A stretch of DNA of 64,000 bases from Geosiphon pyriformis uo1 (taxonomy: Eukaryota > Fungi > Glomeromycota), in NCBI GenBank assembly GCA_016748015.1, contig JAAOMT010000678.1, forward strand, positions 290,389 to 354,388, given 5' to 3'. The notes beneath the pieces were generated by a model, which did not search any database, was not told where the DNA came from, and saw only the letters and a list, made by a program, of their open reading frames with translations. Shown here piece by piece: positions 13,602 to 28,266 of the stretch (position 1 is its first letter; every line of letters starts with the position of its first letter). The translations under genes and the position numbers were made by a program.

Positions 13602-16600
13602 TTATATTTGCTCTTCACTACTAGACGATTTTAGGCGCGCATTTTTCCTTTCGTGTTCAACTTCTTGGTCTGAATGGTTTTTATCGTAATTTTCCTCATT
13701 ATCAGCTTCATCTTTATATTGACCTATTTCCCTTACTATACGTTTGTCGTCATCATCATCGTCTTCACTGTCACCAAAGTGGTCTACGTCCTCTGAATTA
13801 CATAGTGGTGTCTCAATAACAAGTTCCTCCCTGTTTATAGTTTTTATAAATTCATCCATGTGAGTACTGAGGATAATTTTCAAATATTAGCAAAATATCA
13901 GATGAGCGTTGAAAACTCACATTTCACGATTCCTTAATTCGATCGCAACCTTCGCTTGATTAAACTTCTCTTTGAAGTTGAAAATTCTGCCTCGTAATAA
14001 AAAGATACTTAGACCAAGAACCGCTAATATCACTATTATCAACGTTGCGGTACCCCTGTTAATGGAATAAAGATAATTTCGTTATCAGACATTTGAAACA
14101 TATCTATTAATAAAATTCTTTCATCCTTACGCGTTATAATAACGATCCCATATCTCATCATTTGCATCGTCGAGGGTGGTCTTATTTTTATCGTTTGAGA
14201 GTGTCTTGATAAAAAAAATGGTTATTTTCCGTCTTGTAACACATAAAATGCGGTACTTTTGGGGATATTTACAATGTCTTCAATCCTCGAAGGAGTCTGG
14301 TTACCAAATTTTACATTCAACCCCATAAACCGATCCATCATATCCAAAGTTGCAGTTGGTTTGTCATATGGCACCATATGACTTGCGTTGTGTATAATAA
14401 CAAAGCTGAGGTTGCGTTCAGTTTGCCAAGTTCCGGCTAACATGTCATTAACATACCAATCTTGTGGCATTGATTCCTAAGATAGAAAATGACAATTTAA
14501 CAATTTTGCCATGATTAATTTGAAAACTTCCTTCAGACAATTACCTGAAATCCTTTTCGACCATTCCATTCCAAATTAGCCAGTAATTCCCGGGTTCCTT
14601 TCGTATTACAAATCAAGTCTTGATCGCCACTATTGGTATAAAGATAAAAGCAATAATTATGATGAAATTTCCAACTTAACCTATATTCAAAATTCTTAAC
14701 AAGAGATTAGAATACCTGAAGAGTAGTACAGGTATTTTCTTTAATATATCGGGAAGCAACTTTTGTAGCGAATAAAAAGTGAGGCGAGGTACAATATACA
14801 AAAAAGTTCTGTATAAGAAGCAACTCATATTATAAACTCGTAAGCCATAACATACCGTATTCGAAGGTAAGCTGGAATCATTCATTAAAGCAGTCCCAAC
14901 TGCTCCGCTACATTCTCTCCAACCTAATTTTTGTTGATTAGCGTGGATCGCCCCAATAACATCTGGTCTCTTAAAAGTCAAAGTATTCCAAATCTTTAGA
15001 GTAAGAATCTTATTCGGAATAACAATTTAGGTGGACATACCCTCAAATATTCGGTAATTGTTTCTAAATCATAGGGCCATTTTAAACCGCAACCGGGGTA
15101 GTTATCTCGTAATCGAATGTCATATTGATTAATGCAAGTAGCTTGGTCGTTTTCTCTATGTCGAATGAAGCCAATAAATTGGTTGAAAATGAATATTATT
15201 ATTAGGCAAAAATGAATTTCCTACATTCTATGGGATTGGTCCAGGATTTCTTGCAAAACTTCTTCACATACTTCGAGGTGAATAGAATAATTTTTTTTTA
15301 AATGATCCTGACACTCCTTTAATTTTCTTTCAGCGCGTTCCTACCAAGTTGATAATATATATTCACGAAATGTGAATCTCTAAATTTTGATGGAAAAATA
15401 ATTTATATTGAATATTACCTTGAAATCTCCTGACAAAATTTGTTTCTCAATAGCAAAGGAATAGTACGCATTGTACTAAGTTGAATTAAAAGTTCGATAG
15501 GTGAATAAACCAGTCTGAAAAGCTGAAAAATGATAATAAAAAGATCGCGACTTATTTAATTATTGTTATGACAAACCTGACTGATTGGCTCGATCCAGCC
15601 ATTTCCAATAGCGATTCCTTTCAAGTTATACTAAGGATAGGAATGGAAAAAGTGTTAAGGAGATTTAAAAAAATTGCTATCTCAGAGAAAATTAAGGTAC
15701 TTTGCGATCTTCTACTGTTTTCCGCTCATTATTCCGTTTCAAGATCGCAGAAGCTATATATGGGATGAATGTCCCAGCAAAGCTTTCACCACTGATATAA
15801 ATCTGCAAAGAACATAAGAGATTTTATTCGATTTTGATTGCTTTGTTGATTGGTGTCAGTTTAATAATTAAAATATTTCCTTCTCACTTCATCTTTGGCA
15901 TACTCTGGAAATATATCGAAAAACTTATCCAAGAATATCATCAGCTGATCAGTTGACTAAAAGAAATAATTAGGTTAATTTAAGGATATACAGCAAATAA
16001 TATCTATTATGAAAACCACATCGACTTACTTGATTCAGAGTATTTGGATATGCATTAGTCTCCCCAAAGCTGAATCCAGTACCAATCGGCTGATCCACTT
16101 ATAGGGCAAAAATTGAATTATTAAAGAGAAGTATAATTTAAAAATTAAATTTATCTGCAGCTTACCGAAAAGTATATTGGCATATTCGTCCCAAGAACCA
16201 TCAATCATTCTGAGAGTCTGATCCTTATTTATTCTCCATGGTCCAATTTCCAAAAATAGTCCATCCATGCTGAATGAAGAAATGAATCAAACTTTGGTTT
16301 GTTTTTTTGTTTTTAAGCTTTTTTATGCAACATTCAACCGTAACCCTTTTCTTAAGCCAAAAATTAGTGTTAAAAAATTAATAATTCATACCTGGAACTG
16401 GTATCACACCAAAGGATCAGTTTAATCAAGAAATTGAAATTAGATCCCGTTCACAAATTTACCAAAATTGCTTCAAGCTCTTATACTTGCCATCCAGGAC
16501 CTGTAACAAAGAAATTTTTATTAGATTTTTTCAATGGAAAGAAAAGAGGGATGCAAAAAATTCAACCATTTACCTCCATTCAACCATATGATCTTCAAAG

Positions 16601-17092
16601 ATAATTCAAATCATAAAATAATATGTTAGAAAAGATAAACAGGTGGCTTTAGAAATTTATTCGGTCCAATATCTTACCAGCTTTCGTTCATCAGCGATGT
16701 GTCGATTATGTATTAACCAGAAAAATATATTAGCGTTTGTTGCCTCGTTTATTAGGACGTGTCTATATTTATCCGAGTTTTGTTATAAGTGGTATTCCGA
16801 AAATCACCATCGAGAATTCATAACTACCCTGCGTGCTGCCTTAAATTAATCCTGTCAGGTAAACCGGGGAGTGATTTTACATAATAATCTGCGGCTAATG
16901 ATTGAAAATGGCAAAAAGATTGGGTAGAAAACCAGTTTGGAGAGTTGATAACAAGCTTTGAGTACGACCAGAGACTTAAGACTGCTCCAACAAACACTAA
17001 CCACTTGGAGATCCATCTACACAAAAACACCACAAGAGTAGTGCGCTCGTAAGCTCGAGCACTAAGGCTAAGGGGTGAAGTTTATATTTCAT
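13602..17092 (-). CDS. KEX1: Pheromone-processing carboxypeptidase Kex1 (serine carboxypeptidase S10), multi-exon
   Basis: Signal peptide [27 protein letters not shown]; WLNGGPGCSSMDG built from micro-exons; GESFAG catalytic Ser, GDQDLIC Asp, [12 protein letters not shown] His; C-terminal TM helix [16 protein letters not shown] and acidic tail. Confidence 0.92.
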
Positions 17093-17370
17093 AAGAATGT
17101 ATTTGTAGAGACCTTTGAAATGTGCAGGTAATTTATTCAATTTTTGGATTTACTGCAATCAATCAAGTGGTGTGAACGAGCTAGCAAGAAATATTTTCCA
17201 TTTTCTATGGTTGAAGCTAGGCAAGTAATATCAATACCATTAGAGGTAAGTACTTCAAAAGCCATGTGGCTGTGCATTGTGTTCTCAAGTAACAATCCTC
17301 GATTACGGAACTTTTGTAATAACTGCCAACTGTTAGTAAATCACTGCATGTGAACGCCTAATTCACGTGG

Positions 17371-20300
17371 TCATAAATTATTCTGAGATTTGAATACATC
17401 CCATGCGTAGTTCAACGTAGAGAACACAGCGTTTGCGACAAGTTTTTGCTCAATAGTAGTTGTTGAACTGAGCTTTTTTTGTTTTGAGGATCAAAAGAGA
17501 GAAAATCGTTTTAATGAGGCTTAAAAGAATATCAAATTCCGTGATGTGTAAACCGACCTTATCAGGATGCACCTTCCCAATAGCTTTCATATAGCGCAGT
17601 TTCACCTGTGCGGGAGTAACTAATTCATGCAGCCCGATATCTTTCCAGACCAAACTATTCCAAAGAACTATATTCAAACTACTTAGCAGTGCTCGCAAAT
17701 TTGTTTCTTTTCCTCCTTTCCATAACAAGATTTTTTGATCAACTTGATCTTTATATCTCAGTTTTTCAGCATCCTCAATTTCTTGTTGGCGAGCTTTATT
17801 ACGTAAATTGGAGACCGCAGGGCTATTATGATTTGGTTGGCTCGAAAGAGAAGATAAATTGGATTGAATTGTTCTCGAAGATTTATTTATTGGATCGACA
17901 AATCCAAATGCATTCAATGGGGCTCCAAAAGTACTGAGCGAGAAAGATTGTTTTATCGAAGATTGGCCATGTTGTAAAGAAGTAGCAGGTTGACTAAACC
18001 TTTTATCAAGATTAGTAGTTGAAACCATACCCAAAACTTTCCGACACCTGCGTAACCCATCATTAACATTGTGATTGCCGTTAGGAAAAGCTTTCAGCAA
18101 TTTCTCATAATCATCTTTTGCGTGATCATACTTTTCCATTCCTTCAAAAGCAGATCCACGACGTTGTAAGGCTTTTGAGTATTGTTCTTTTAAATCAATA
18201 TCTACACCTGGTGGTGGTGGCAGAGTATAGTCATCGATTAGTCGAAGGGCTAAAGAAGAGTCCTGTACGCATCCAGGATAATCACCATTTTTGAGCTTAG
18301 TTGCCGCACGATTATTATACAAAATTACAAGGTTAAGATGTTGAGTTGGAAGAGAACTGATGGCGAGTGAATAGTATTTTTCGGCTTCTACAAATTGCCC
18401 CAGTCTGAAAAGTTTGTTTCCTTTTTCTTTATTCCCTTTATAGGCACGCATATTTTCCAATGGCACTTGAATCACTGGCCTGGGTGGCAAAGATGATTTT
18501 GCGGGTATAATATTGATATGCGCTGGAATGAATTCAGGTGATTCTTCAGCCGGTTTGATAGGACTATTGGACGCGACATGAGAGGAATCGAGAAAGTCAT
18601 ATTGAGAAATAATAGGTTTTCGACGAGCCGAAGAAGTATACACAGGTTCTTGTAACCCATAATCTTTTGAAATAGTGTGCTTCTTCTCTTCAAATCTTTC
18701 GAATGATTGATCCTTGAATCTCTCATCTGTGTTTTTTCCGCTGATACTTTTTGATAGAGGCCCTAATCTAGGATTACTCACAGAGGAATCCGCCTCTTCA
18801 TCGCTAGAATCATGATAAACATCCTGAAATTTCACGTGATTTGACTCAGCAATAAAAATTTCATTCTTTTCACTATCATCTTCATCAGAATCCAGAAAAT
18901 TGGCGTCTTGCATCCATTTTGGTCTTCCATCACCAGGAGTTGATTGCTGAAATTCTTCTAAAGCTTCTTTGACCTTATGTTTTGATTGCTGATATATAGC
19001 ATTGGCTTTCTTAAACGCACTCATTCCCAGTTCACTAGCTGAAGAAATAAGCTTTTCTTTTTGTTGTTGAAAATTTTGACCAGAAAATGAGGAGGCAGAC
19101 GAAGTTGAACGGTCACTACCTTCGCCATCGGAACTGCTTTTGCCATATGTTCTATATTTCGGAACTTCTAAATTATTATTTTTTACATAAGAATGCCGAG
19201 TCGAAGTTAAGCCTCCTTCACTGCTATCACCATCATAATGTCGTTTATAATCTCCAGTATTTGTTCGACGTCGACCAGAGACAATTGAAGATTTATTTAC
19301 ATTTCTATTAGCAAAAACCTGTTCCTCTGCCTCCTTTTGATAAATCAAAATTTCAATAGCGGCCTTTAGATCTTGACCAGTCTGAGTTGCGGCCAAGGCT
19401 GTTTGCGCTTGGATTGCAGTAAATCCCATATCTACAATTTGTGCAATGTACTTATCTGTAAGGGTATTCACTTTAGGTCTCGAGGTGCGTTCTATTGCGA
19501 CATTATCTGGATCAGCTCGTGATTGATGTCTCTTAATATTTTCTTGCCCAGTTAGTATTGATAGTTTCAATAGGAAAGGCTTCAAATATCTTTTCATTTA
19601 ACGAGAAATATGCTTACAGAGGATCTCATTGGTTTTGCGGGTGGGGTAGGATTTTCTGGCCGAAAGTAAGAAACCGGATTAGCCAATATACCGAGCGGAT
19701 GTTTATCCTGGCTTTCAATAACGTTTACCGAGGGTACAAGTTTTGTTTGTAACTCGCTTTCTGGCATTCCGAAATCTATTAGAGACATGTCTGGACCTAT
19801 TGAAGGCTCCTGGGTAAAGTAAATATCTCTCACGTTAGCAGGAAAACAATTCATTAATATATATATTAAGTAAAAAATACCATTGTTGATTGTGCCTTTT
19901 TCTCAGATAAAAAATCTAAATTCCAAAAGTTGTGAGTATTTAAAGATGGGGATTCAACGATCGGTTGGGATCTTCTGTTGAATTTGGATGAAAAATGAAA
20001 AGTAAAGTACTGTCTAAAGAATTGAAAGTTATAAGATCCGAGCCTTTTAATACTTACAAGTAATTTAGTGAATGTTCTGGTGTGGTTTTGTTTTTTAGGC
20101 TACCTAAAATGTCTCCGAAAACATCGTTCTCTAATTTTTGACTCTTTCCTTTCATTGACCCAGAAATCAGATTTGTCGATGGGACGATATCAGCCCCAGT
20201 TGTATTAATTTGAAATATCTTTTTTTTTTCAATTGTGTCCTGAAGAATAGCCTCATGATCTTTATTTTCACTTTGAGACTCTTTTAGAGGGTTTTCCGTG

Positions 20301-20803
20301 CTTGAATTCAATTTTTGAGGTTGATACCCCATGTGACGTTCGTTGTTTAATGAGATTTTAACATTTTTTGAGGGTTTGCTATTCCCCTCAAAAGAGACAA
20401 GGTGTTCGAAAAGGTCTCTATGTTTGATCGGGGGCAAATTTGGATTTGTTGACGTAAAAGAACTAGGGAAAGTAGCTGATGCTGGGTTGATGGAGCTGGA
20501 GCTTGCATAAGCCCTGCTTTGCATAGTAGGAAGAGGCGTGGGATCGGAACTTTTCAAATCTGACTCATCAAAACGCTTAAAAACGGGGGAGTTGAAATTT
20601 TTGGCCTGATAACGAAAAATGGAGTGACTTGAAGGAGTCTCTTTTGTGTCATCTGATGATGAGGCATTTTTGAAAGTTTCCGTGGGTGTTCTAGAAGGAA
20701 ACAGCGTAGAGCGAGGTAGCAAATTCGACGGGGGGTTGTTCGTTGTTGGGATGACAGATTTCTCAGGGGAAGAAAACCACTTCAGCTCATTCAAATCGTC
20801 CAT
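17371..20803 (-). CDS. SWA2: Auxilin-like clathrin uncoating co-chaperone (UBA, TPR, J-domain), about 5 exons
   Basis: UBA IAQIVDMGFTAIQAQTAL; TPR KEKGNKLFRLGQFVEAEKYYSLAI; J-domain VKLRYMKAIGKVHPDK; last exon LSSTTTIEQKLVANAVFSTLNYAWDVFK, stop at 17371. Confidence 0.9.
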
Positions 20804-22371
20804 TTTTGTCTATAAAGGGTTTGAGGGCTAGAAAATTTAAAGTCAAGCAAGGTTTACAAAAGATTTTTTATGATTTGAGTTCCAGTTTCTTCGCCATGTG
20901 GATGTTCAATATCAGAAATATTTCCGAATAAAGTTTTAGTTCTAGCAAGAAGTGATTATTAGTTGAGGACTTATTATCACGTGGGTTCCAAAATCTGCTG
21001 ATTTTATCCAGATAAAAATAGCTTTCATTTGATATGTCTGGAAATATTCTATAATAAACACAGTTATCTGAGAATGGCAATATGGTATATTTAAAGAGAA
21101 GTTGCTTAGCAAAAAGGGTTGACGAATCAAAACCGGTCCCAACAAAAGCTGATAAGGAGGAGAGCTATTTGCGGAAAGATTCTTGCAATTGAATACAACC
21201 CATGAAATACTAAAGCAATGCCTATTTGTCCAAGGTGTGGTGATTCGAACAGCACTTAAATTGCAGGAAACAATGTAATCCAGATAATCAGACACCACTT
21301 GTAGTTTCAGTAGCAGGTTCAGGGACACGAATCCAGCAGATCGAGTTTTGGGGAATAATCTATATGGACCATTAAATCCGTCTGCCCTCGATGAATGGTG
21401 AAGCTTGAGAAAGTCAAGTACCAACAAGGTGATAAATAATCGAAAACAGTAGAGACTTGAAAATTCTCAAATGGCAATAATATATAGAAGTTGCCATGAT
21501 ATGTTTCAAACGAATTTGATTTCTCTGATTCCAATTCCTCTGGAACCACAGCTAGAATATAAACTCCAAAAGGTTCACAAGAAAAAATTTCCTATCGAAC
21601 ATTAAAAAAGTAAGTCCGAAAGAGCCTCAGAGATTCAATATGTAACTGATTATCATAATCTTATACGTCATCATTTTCTCTGTTTCTGTTTTTATCCATG
21701 GCTTTTGGAGATTCATTTTTAGTTGATTCAGCATTACATCTATTAGCTAGGACCTATGTTGCCTGTTCTAACACCATAGCACTATTTGCTATAAGTGGCA
21801 ATCAAATCATACTTGGAGGCGACGCGTGGAAAAGTTCCTTTGCAATAAGTTTGCGAATATTGAAAATCAAATTAAACCTTTTTTTTAGATCAAATTAATT
21901 TAAACATAGTAGTAGCAATATTAAAGTTATTAAATAATATAAACTATTGTTTTTTAATAATTTATTATTACTATTAAAAAAATTGGTTATTAGTTTAATA
22001 TTATTAATATTTAATAATAAAACAGTATTTTATAATACTTTACAAAAGAATAATGCTTTATAATAATTTATTTTTATAATATTTTGTTTAATTGTTGTTA
22101 TTTTAGTCATAATAGCAGAGATAAATTTACAAGACTAAACGTAATATAACATTGGCATTTTTTATAACAGATTATATAATTATAATTAAAGTAATTTAAT
22201 TTTATGATTAGCCAATTAAATTTAAAGACTATGAGTCAACTTTGGTGTGTAACTTAATCCTAATGATGTAACCTTAAACATCGAGGTGATCTTTTGATGG
22301 AAAAAATCTTCATGTAAACAGCCCAATCGATTTATTATTCACCTTTAAAATTTATCAATTCGTATTTCAAA

Positions 22372-25300
22372 ATGAGAACCACCAATGGTTCTAACGAAGA
22401 ACAATATACCGACTCAAATTGTCTTCATTCAACACGACAGGCCTCAATAACTCCTAAAGATCTTCCTCATTCTACAGCTGCTCAATCAGCATCTTATCAG
22501 GTGCGGCAAGCTCAAAGAAACCAAACAGCTCTTCCAAATGTAATGTTTCAGGCTCCTCACCGTGATCTCGCAAAGAAGCATCGTCATTTCGGTCTTAGCG
22601 AAGGCAAAACTTTCTTTCCTTCCGCTGAAGAATTTGCTGATCCCTACGCTTATTTTGAACAAATTAAAGATGAGGGCGAACAATACGGAATTGTTAAAAT
22701 CGTTCCCCCAGAAGGTTGGAAACCTACCTTCTCTCTAGATGCAGAGGTGAGGATTTTTTCTTTTATTGGTTTTTATATCCTCTTGTGTGGACATTGTTAA
22801 AAAAACGCTCCTAGGCGGAGAAAAAGGGTGGACAAAAAAATAAATCAATGGGCTAAGAAATTTATAGGGTCAAAGAAATGAACGGATAAAAATATGATTG
22901 TCAACTTGGCTTCTTTTATTGAGATGAGTTTGGAGAAGGAATAATTAATTTATACAATTAATTTTTTTGGATGTTTCAGCAGAATTTCACATAAGACCAG
23001 TTTTGAAATGGTAGTTGTCCTTTATTGTTCTTAGTTCTGTAAACCGAGAAGCAAATCTGCTTTACTTCAGAATAAATAGTGATGATAAATAATTTCTAAT
23101 TTTGGTTTGTTTTTTCCTCGTACGATAGGAATTTTTGTTCAAAACACGAACTCAACGAGTCAATCTAATGGAAGGTCAAACTCGAATTCGAACCAACTAT
23201 ATAGAGCAACTTACGCGCTTTCACTCTATGTTTTCTAAGTCTCTGTTCAAGCTCCCTCATTTAGACAAAGCTCCAATAGATTTGTACTCGCTTGCTAAAG
23301 CTGTGCGGAACAGATTGGGTTATATAGAGGTATTCATACAAACCATCTATTCCCTTGTTGTCTATGATCCTCCAAGCTATAATGAAAAAATATATTCATC
23401 TATTAGGTTACCAAAAATAAGCAATGGGCCCAAGTCGCTCGTGAAATCAAACCCGGTGGATACTCTAACAAATGTACTGGTGCATCCAAGGCTATTAAAG
23501 AATGCTATATGCAGTATATTCTTCCTTTTGAAGAATATACTTTCTGGGAAAGAGAACGCCGTCATCTAGCCTATGCAAAATTGATGAATGTGAATGTCGA
23601 TAAGAAAATCGCCCCAAATATTGAGCAGCAAAGTCGATGTATTAAAATTGAGGATCCCGCTTCTCAAAGTATCGCCTCATCTTCTCAATATCAAAATACC
23701 AATACGGAATGGATGGAAATTGATCCGCAACCTACTTTACCAACATTTACAGGAACTTTCAATATTTGTGTGGATTTATCAACAAATTCGAATTTTTCTA
23801 TTGACCCATCAATAACTCCGAAACTTTGCAATGATTCTTCAACAAATTCTAACCTTCCCTTCGACCCCTCAAGGATATCGAACTTTCACCAAAATTTTAA
23901 CATATCTAACTCAGACAAACTCAACAGAACAAATCAGGTTTTATCTGATCCCCAAAGCGTCAACAACCCACTGGAGACGCCGGTTTACCTAACGCGAAGC
24001 GTTCGGAAAGCTCACCCGGGCTTGGTTGTATTAGATTATCCTGTAGAATCGAATAGTATGGAAAACATAAATGGTTCTCCTTCTAATCTCAGAGGTATTG
24101 AAACATCCTCTGCTATACAATGCTACAACTCGCCATCTAAAATGCAAAGTGGCAATCTATCAACCTCAACAATATATGATCTTCAAATATCTTCTACCAC
24201 ACCACAAATTGCCCCTTCATCTAACCTTTTACATCCTAATATATCTCACGCTAATATGGCATCATTCTCAATCGCCAGAAATGTAAACATGGCATCTCAA
24301 TCACACTCACAAAACAAAGAGAGCGACCTAGGCCCTGTGATCTCTCAAAAATCTCAAGATACTAAAATTAAATTTTCGATATCCCGATATCCAAATATGG
24401 GCAATATTAAATTCGCATTTAAGGATCAAGATAGTATAGTCTATAATACGTCCAATGTATCTTCATCAAGAATTCAAAGTTTTAATGTAGCCTCATCAAG
24501 AATGCGAAGTGTGAATGGGCCTTCGTCAAAGATGCACATTCCAAAGTTCACCCACAATTTTCAAAATCAACCAAGGGAAAATCCTGAAAGCATAAATTGT
24601 GGTATTTGTGAAGAGAGAATTCACCCTAATGAAAAGAAATTACTCTGCAAAGCTGACTGCAATAAAGAATATCATTGGGTTTGTCTCAAATTTGGCAAAG
24701 AGATCGCCCAATCCACCCAGTTTACTTGCCCATCCTGTCTTCTTGCTATTGGCAACGACTATGGGTTTGGAGAAGGCTCGGAATATACCCTCACCGAATT
24801 CCTTCAAAAAGCTAATTCATTCAAACAGCTCTATCTAAAAAAGCATCCTCCAAAACCAGGTGTTTCTCTTGAAGATCACATGGAAGCAGAATTCTGGCGG
24901 CTTGCTAATTCGATGGATGAAAATCTCGAAGTTGAATACGGTGCTGATATCAATTCAACCCAATATGGAAGGTTTGTTACATTTGATCAAGAGCTCTGAG
25001 TACATTATTAAAGAGGGATTTCAAAACTGTTTTATTTAGCCATATCTTTCATTTACTTGTTATTCCTTTTATGTAATTAGTGGATTTCCCGATCCTGAGA
25101 CAGAACCAGAAGATCCATACTCAATCAGTCCATGGAATCTTCGTAATCTTCCACGGCTCTATGATTCTCTCCTACATGTTATTCAACCAGATATCCCAGG
25201 AATGATGTTGCCCTGGGTTTATGTTGGAATGGCCTTTTCTGCCTTTTGTTGGCATGTAGAAGATCAATATACTTACTCGATTAATTACATGCATTGTGGA

Positions 25301-27029
25301 GAAACAAAGACTTGGTACGGCATCCCAGCTTCGAATGCCAATAAATTCGAAGAGGCTGCAAGATCTCTATTGCCTGAATTCTTTGAGAATCAGCCCGATT
25401 TATTACATCAGCTAACAACTATCATCAGCCCGGGTAAGCTAGTGGCCGAAGGTGTGAAAGTGGTGGCTATTGATCAAAGACCCAATCAATTTGTCGTCAC
25501 CTATCCACGAGGATATCATGCCGGGTTCAACCAGGGTGTAAGTACTCATTTCTCTGCAAAGGGTATTTTTCAACACCTGAATATCTTGTTATTATTACTA
25601 AGTGCCAACCCAGCAGATAAAATCACAAAATATTTAAATTATTAGTTCAACATAAACGAAGCAGTTAATTTTGCCCTTCCAGATTGGATTCCATACGGCA
25701 GAGACTCGGTTATGTCATACAAAAGGATTGGTCGACTTCCAGTATTCTCTCATGAGAGGCTTCTAATAGACCATGGCCTCCGAAACCATAACAATCCAAG
25801 GGTTGTTGCCTGGTAAGATAATAGTCACACGCAAATTACTCAAGTTGATGTGAATAAACTTCATATTGAATGTTTAAATCGAATCACCCTTATATTTACA
25901 CACAGGCTTAGAGAGCCCGTACAAGAAATCTGTAATTATGAAATTGCGATGCGGCAAAAAATTTTAAAACAAATTAATCAAAGAGAACCAATATATGAAA
26001 CAATCGACCGTGACGAAGATCACATTACATGCAAAGCATGTAATGCATATTGTGCCTTGTCGCAGGTTGCATCACGATGCAAACCAGAGGTCGTCTGTCT
26101 TGAACACGCAGAAAATGCGGCTACAATATGTAAATGTGGCAAAGGCTGTCAATATCTACGAGTGAGATTTGTCGACGGGCACCTTAGAAGGTAATTATAT
26201 TTTTATTATTTGAGCTTTTCAAATCGAATATATATATATTTAAATTTTACTCCTTTAATTCAATAATCATAGCCTCGTCTCGGCCCTTCAACGAACCCAA
26301 GAGGCCACTACTGAGTGGGTGGGGAAGTTCTTGAACTTTTGGGAAAACACCAGGTTTCCCACCCTCGAACAAATCCAGTGGTGGTGGCGAGAAGCCGAGG
26401 GCAAAAAAATGCCCGTCGACACATTTCAACTTGGTACTTTTGTCGACCAATGCCAAAGTTGGACCGAAAAGGCTTTTTCGATTTGCCAGCAGATCGACGC
26501 TCACATGTACCCCAAGTGTAGTGAATACCGATCTGCATCCCTTGATATCAATGCATTTTTGGGAAGATGGATGGAGCGGGTGGAGGATTGCTTGGATGAG
26601 GAGGATCAGGGGCGACATTGTGCCTGTAGGAGTAGAGAGGAGGAGTCGTGGATGGTCCAATGCGACATATGTCGCGCTTGGTACCATGGAGAATGTATTG
26701 GGGAAGGCCCTTGGTCTGTAGGAAAAGATGAGGAGTGGTATTGTGAGATGTGTCAGGCGATATCGGGAGGTTTGGAGATGCGTTCTGTGGTAGGAGGTGT
26801 TTTGGAGCTCGGGAAGGAGGCTAAACAGCTTTTGTTTACGCCTTACCTCTCCCACGAGTTTGCCCAGATTGCTTCGGCAATTCAATCGGGCTTTCTCGTG
26901 GGAAAAGATCTTCCCTCACTCAGGAGAGCCTTTGGGATGGGCCTGGTGTGGGCCATCCCAAAGGCTCTCCCGATTGAAAAGGCTTCTCCAACCCTCGGGA
27001 AGGGAGTAGAGGGGAGAAGCTGGGCGTAA
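22372..27029 (+). CDS. JARID1/KDM5-family H3K4 histone demethylase (JmjN-ARID-PHD-JmjC-C5HC2-PHD), about 7 exons
   Basis: JmjN TFFPSAEEFADP...YGIVKIVPPEGW; ARID IDLYSL...KQWAQVA; PHD CGIC..C..C..H..C..CPSC; JmjC FCWHVED...YHAGFNQG with intact HxE..H triad; C5HC2 CKAC..C..CLEH..CKC; C-terminal PHD; GT-AG junctions keep frame. Confidence 0.92.
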
Positions 27030-27495
27030 AAGAAAGCTTTAAAGTATTAGCTTGCCAGGGGTTGGGAAAATTTTTTGAACTTTCTGTGTAATTTATCTGT
27101 ATTTAACTTTAGCAATAACTCAAACAACCCTAATCTTTTTAGATTCTTTCTTCAAACAATATTGGATTGAATTTTGTATAAAATGGTTTATTATAGGTTG
27201 ATATGAACATGGAATCTCTCAAATGGTGAAAAATAAATTTCCTTTATAGTTGGAAACTTCAAATCTGTGTTAATGTTTTATATATCTGGGGAACTATGTC
27301 TTGAGTGACAATTTGATATCAAATACTTGAAAAGGTTGGAATTTCTCCAATAGATGTATTTAGAAATTAAAATCATGCTTAATGTGGATAGATTTTTTGG
27401 ACACATAAGCTGTAGATCTTTTTAGAATAAATATTCCATTTGAATGTTTGCCATAAGTGCAATTCTCACATCGTTATATTTTCCTTTCATTTTAG

Positions 27496-28023
27496 ATGGA
27501 AGCCCGACGAGGAAGACCACCGAAAGAAAAGAAAGGCCTTTTTGCCAAAGACCGTAGGTACTTATAAAAGCCTAAGCCCCATTTTTTATTAATAACGTTG
27601 CTCTCTTCGGTTTTTAGTAAGTCAGCTAATGTATGGATTTGGTGACGTACCTAATCCTGCTTCTGATACTGTGAATGTGCTTGAGGAAATGGTTATTGAC
27701 TATATCACGGAAATGGTAATTTAAATTGTTTTTACATTTTTTACTGCCTCAACTTGGAAAGTGCTCTGGTTTTTAACTTCGGATAGGGTCCTAAAAGTCT
27801 ATTGATTTCATAGTGCATAAAAGCATCACAGGTGGCAGGAACAAGAAGCAAAGTAAAGGTTGAAGATTTCAAATTCCTTTTGCGCAATGATCCTAAAAAG
27901 CTTGCACGAGTCGAAGAGCTTTTATACATGAGCGAAGATATTAAAAGAGCTCGGCAATCTTTTGATCCAAAAGAAATGGAGATTCCGTTACGAGGGGGTG
28001 AAAACTCAAAGTTCGACTTATGA
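27496..28023 (+). CDS. TAF13: TFIID subunit 13, 3 coding exons
   Basis: LMYGFGDVPNPASDTVNVLEEMVIDYITEM and KVEDFKFLLRNDPKKLARVEELL histone-fold signature. Confidence 0.93.
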
Positions 28024-28266
28024 AAAATTTTCCAAATAGGTTTGAATACTCAAAATACATTTACATTAGTTTTGTTTCAATGGATATGGTATGTAATTTG
28101 TAAAAACCCATACTGTGAAGTCTAGACTATTTATTCATAATGCATCTCATGAAATTTAAAATTTGAATCTCAGATTCAGAAACATAAAAGAACCTTATTA
28201 ATGTTGAATTGAATAGAAATAAAGAATTAAGTCTGATATTTGATTATATACTTACAAAATTAGTCT

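Noticed and set aside
17689-19752. Short antisense or alternate-frame ORFs overlapping SWA2, and similar ones inside TEs
   Set aside because: Shadow ORFs of real coding frames with no independent evidence
20868-21900. Overlapping ORFs (161, 76, 70, 66 aa) between SWA2 and the KDM5-like gene
   Set aside because: No recognisable domain or consistent spliced model; a faint FDYLSP resemblance to DsbA/GST-kappa is too weak; needs RNA-seq
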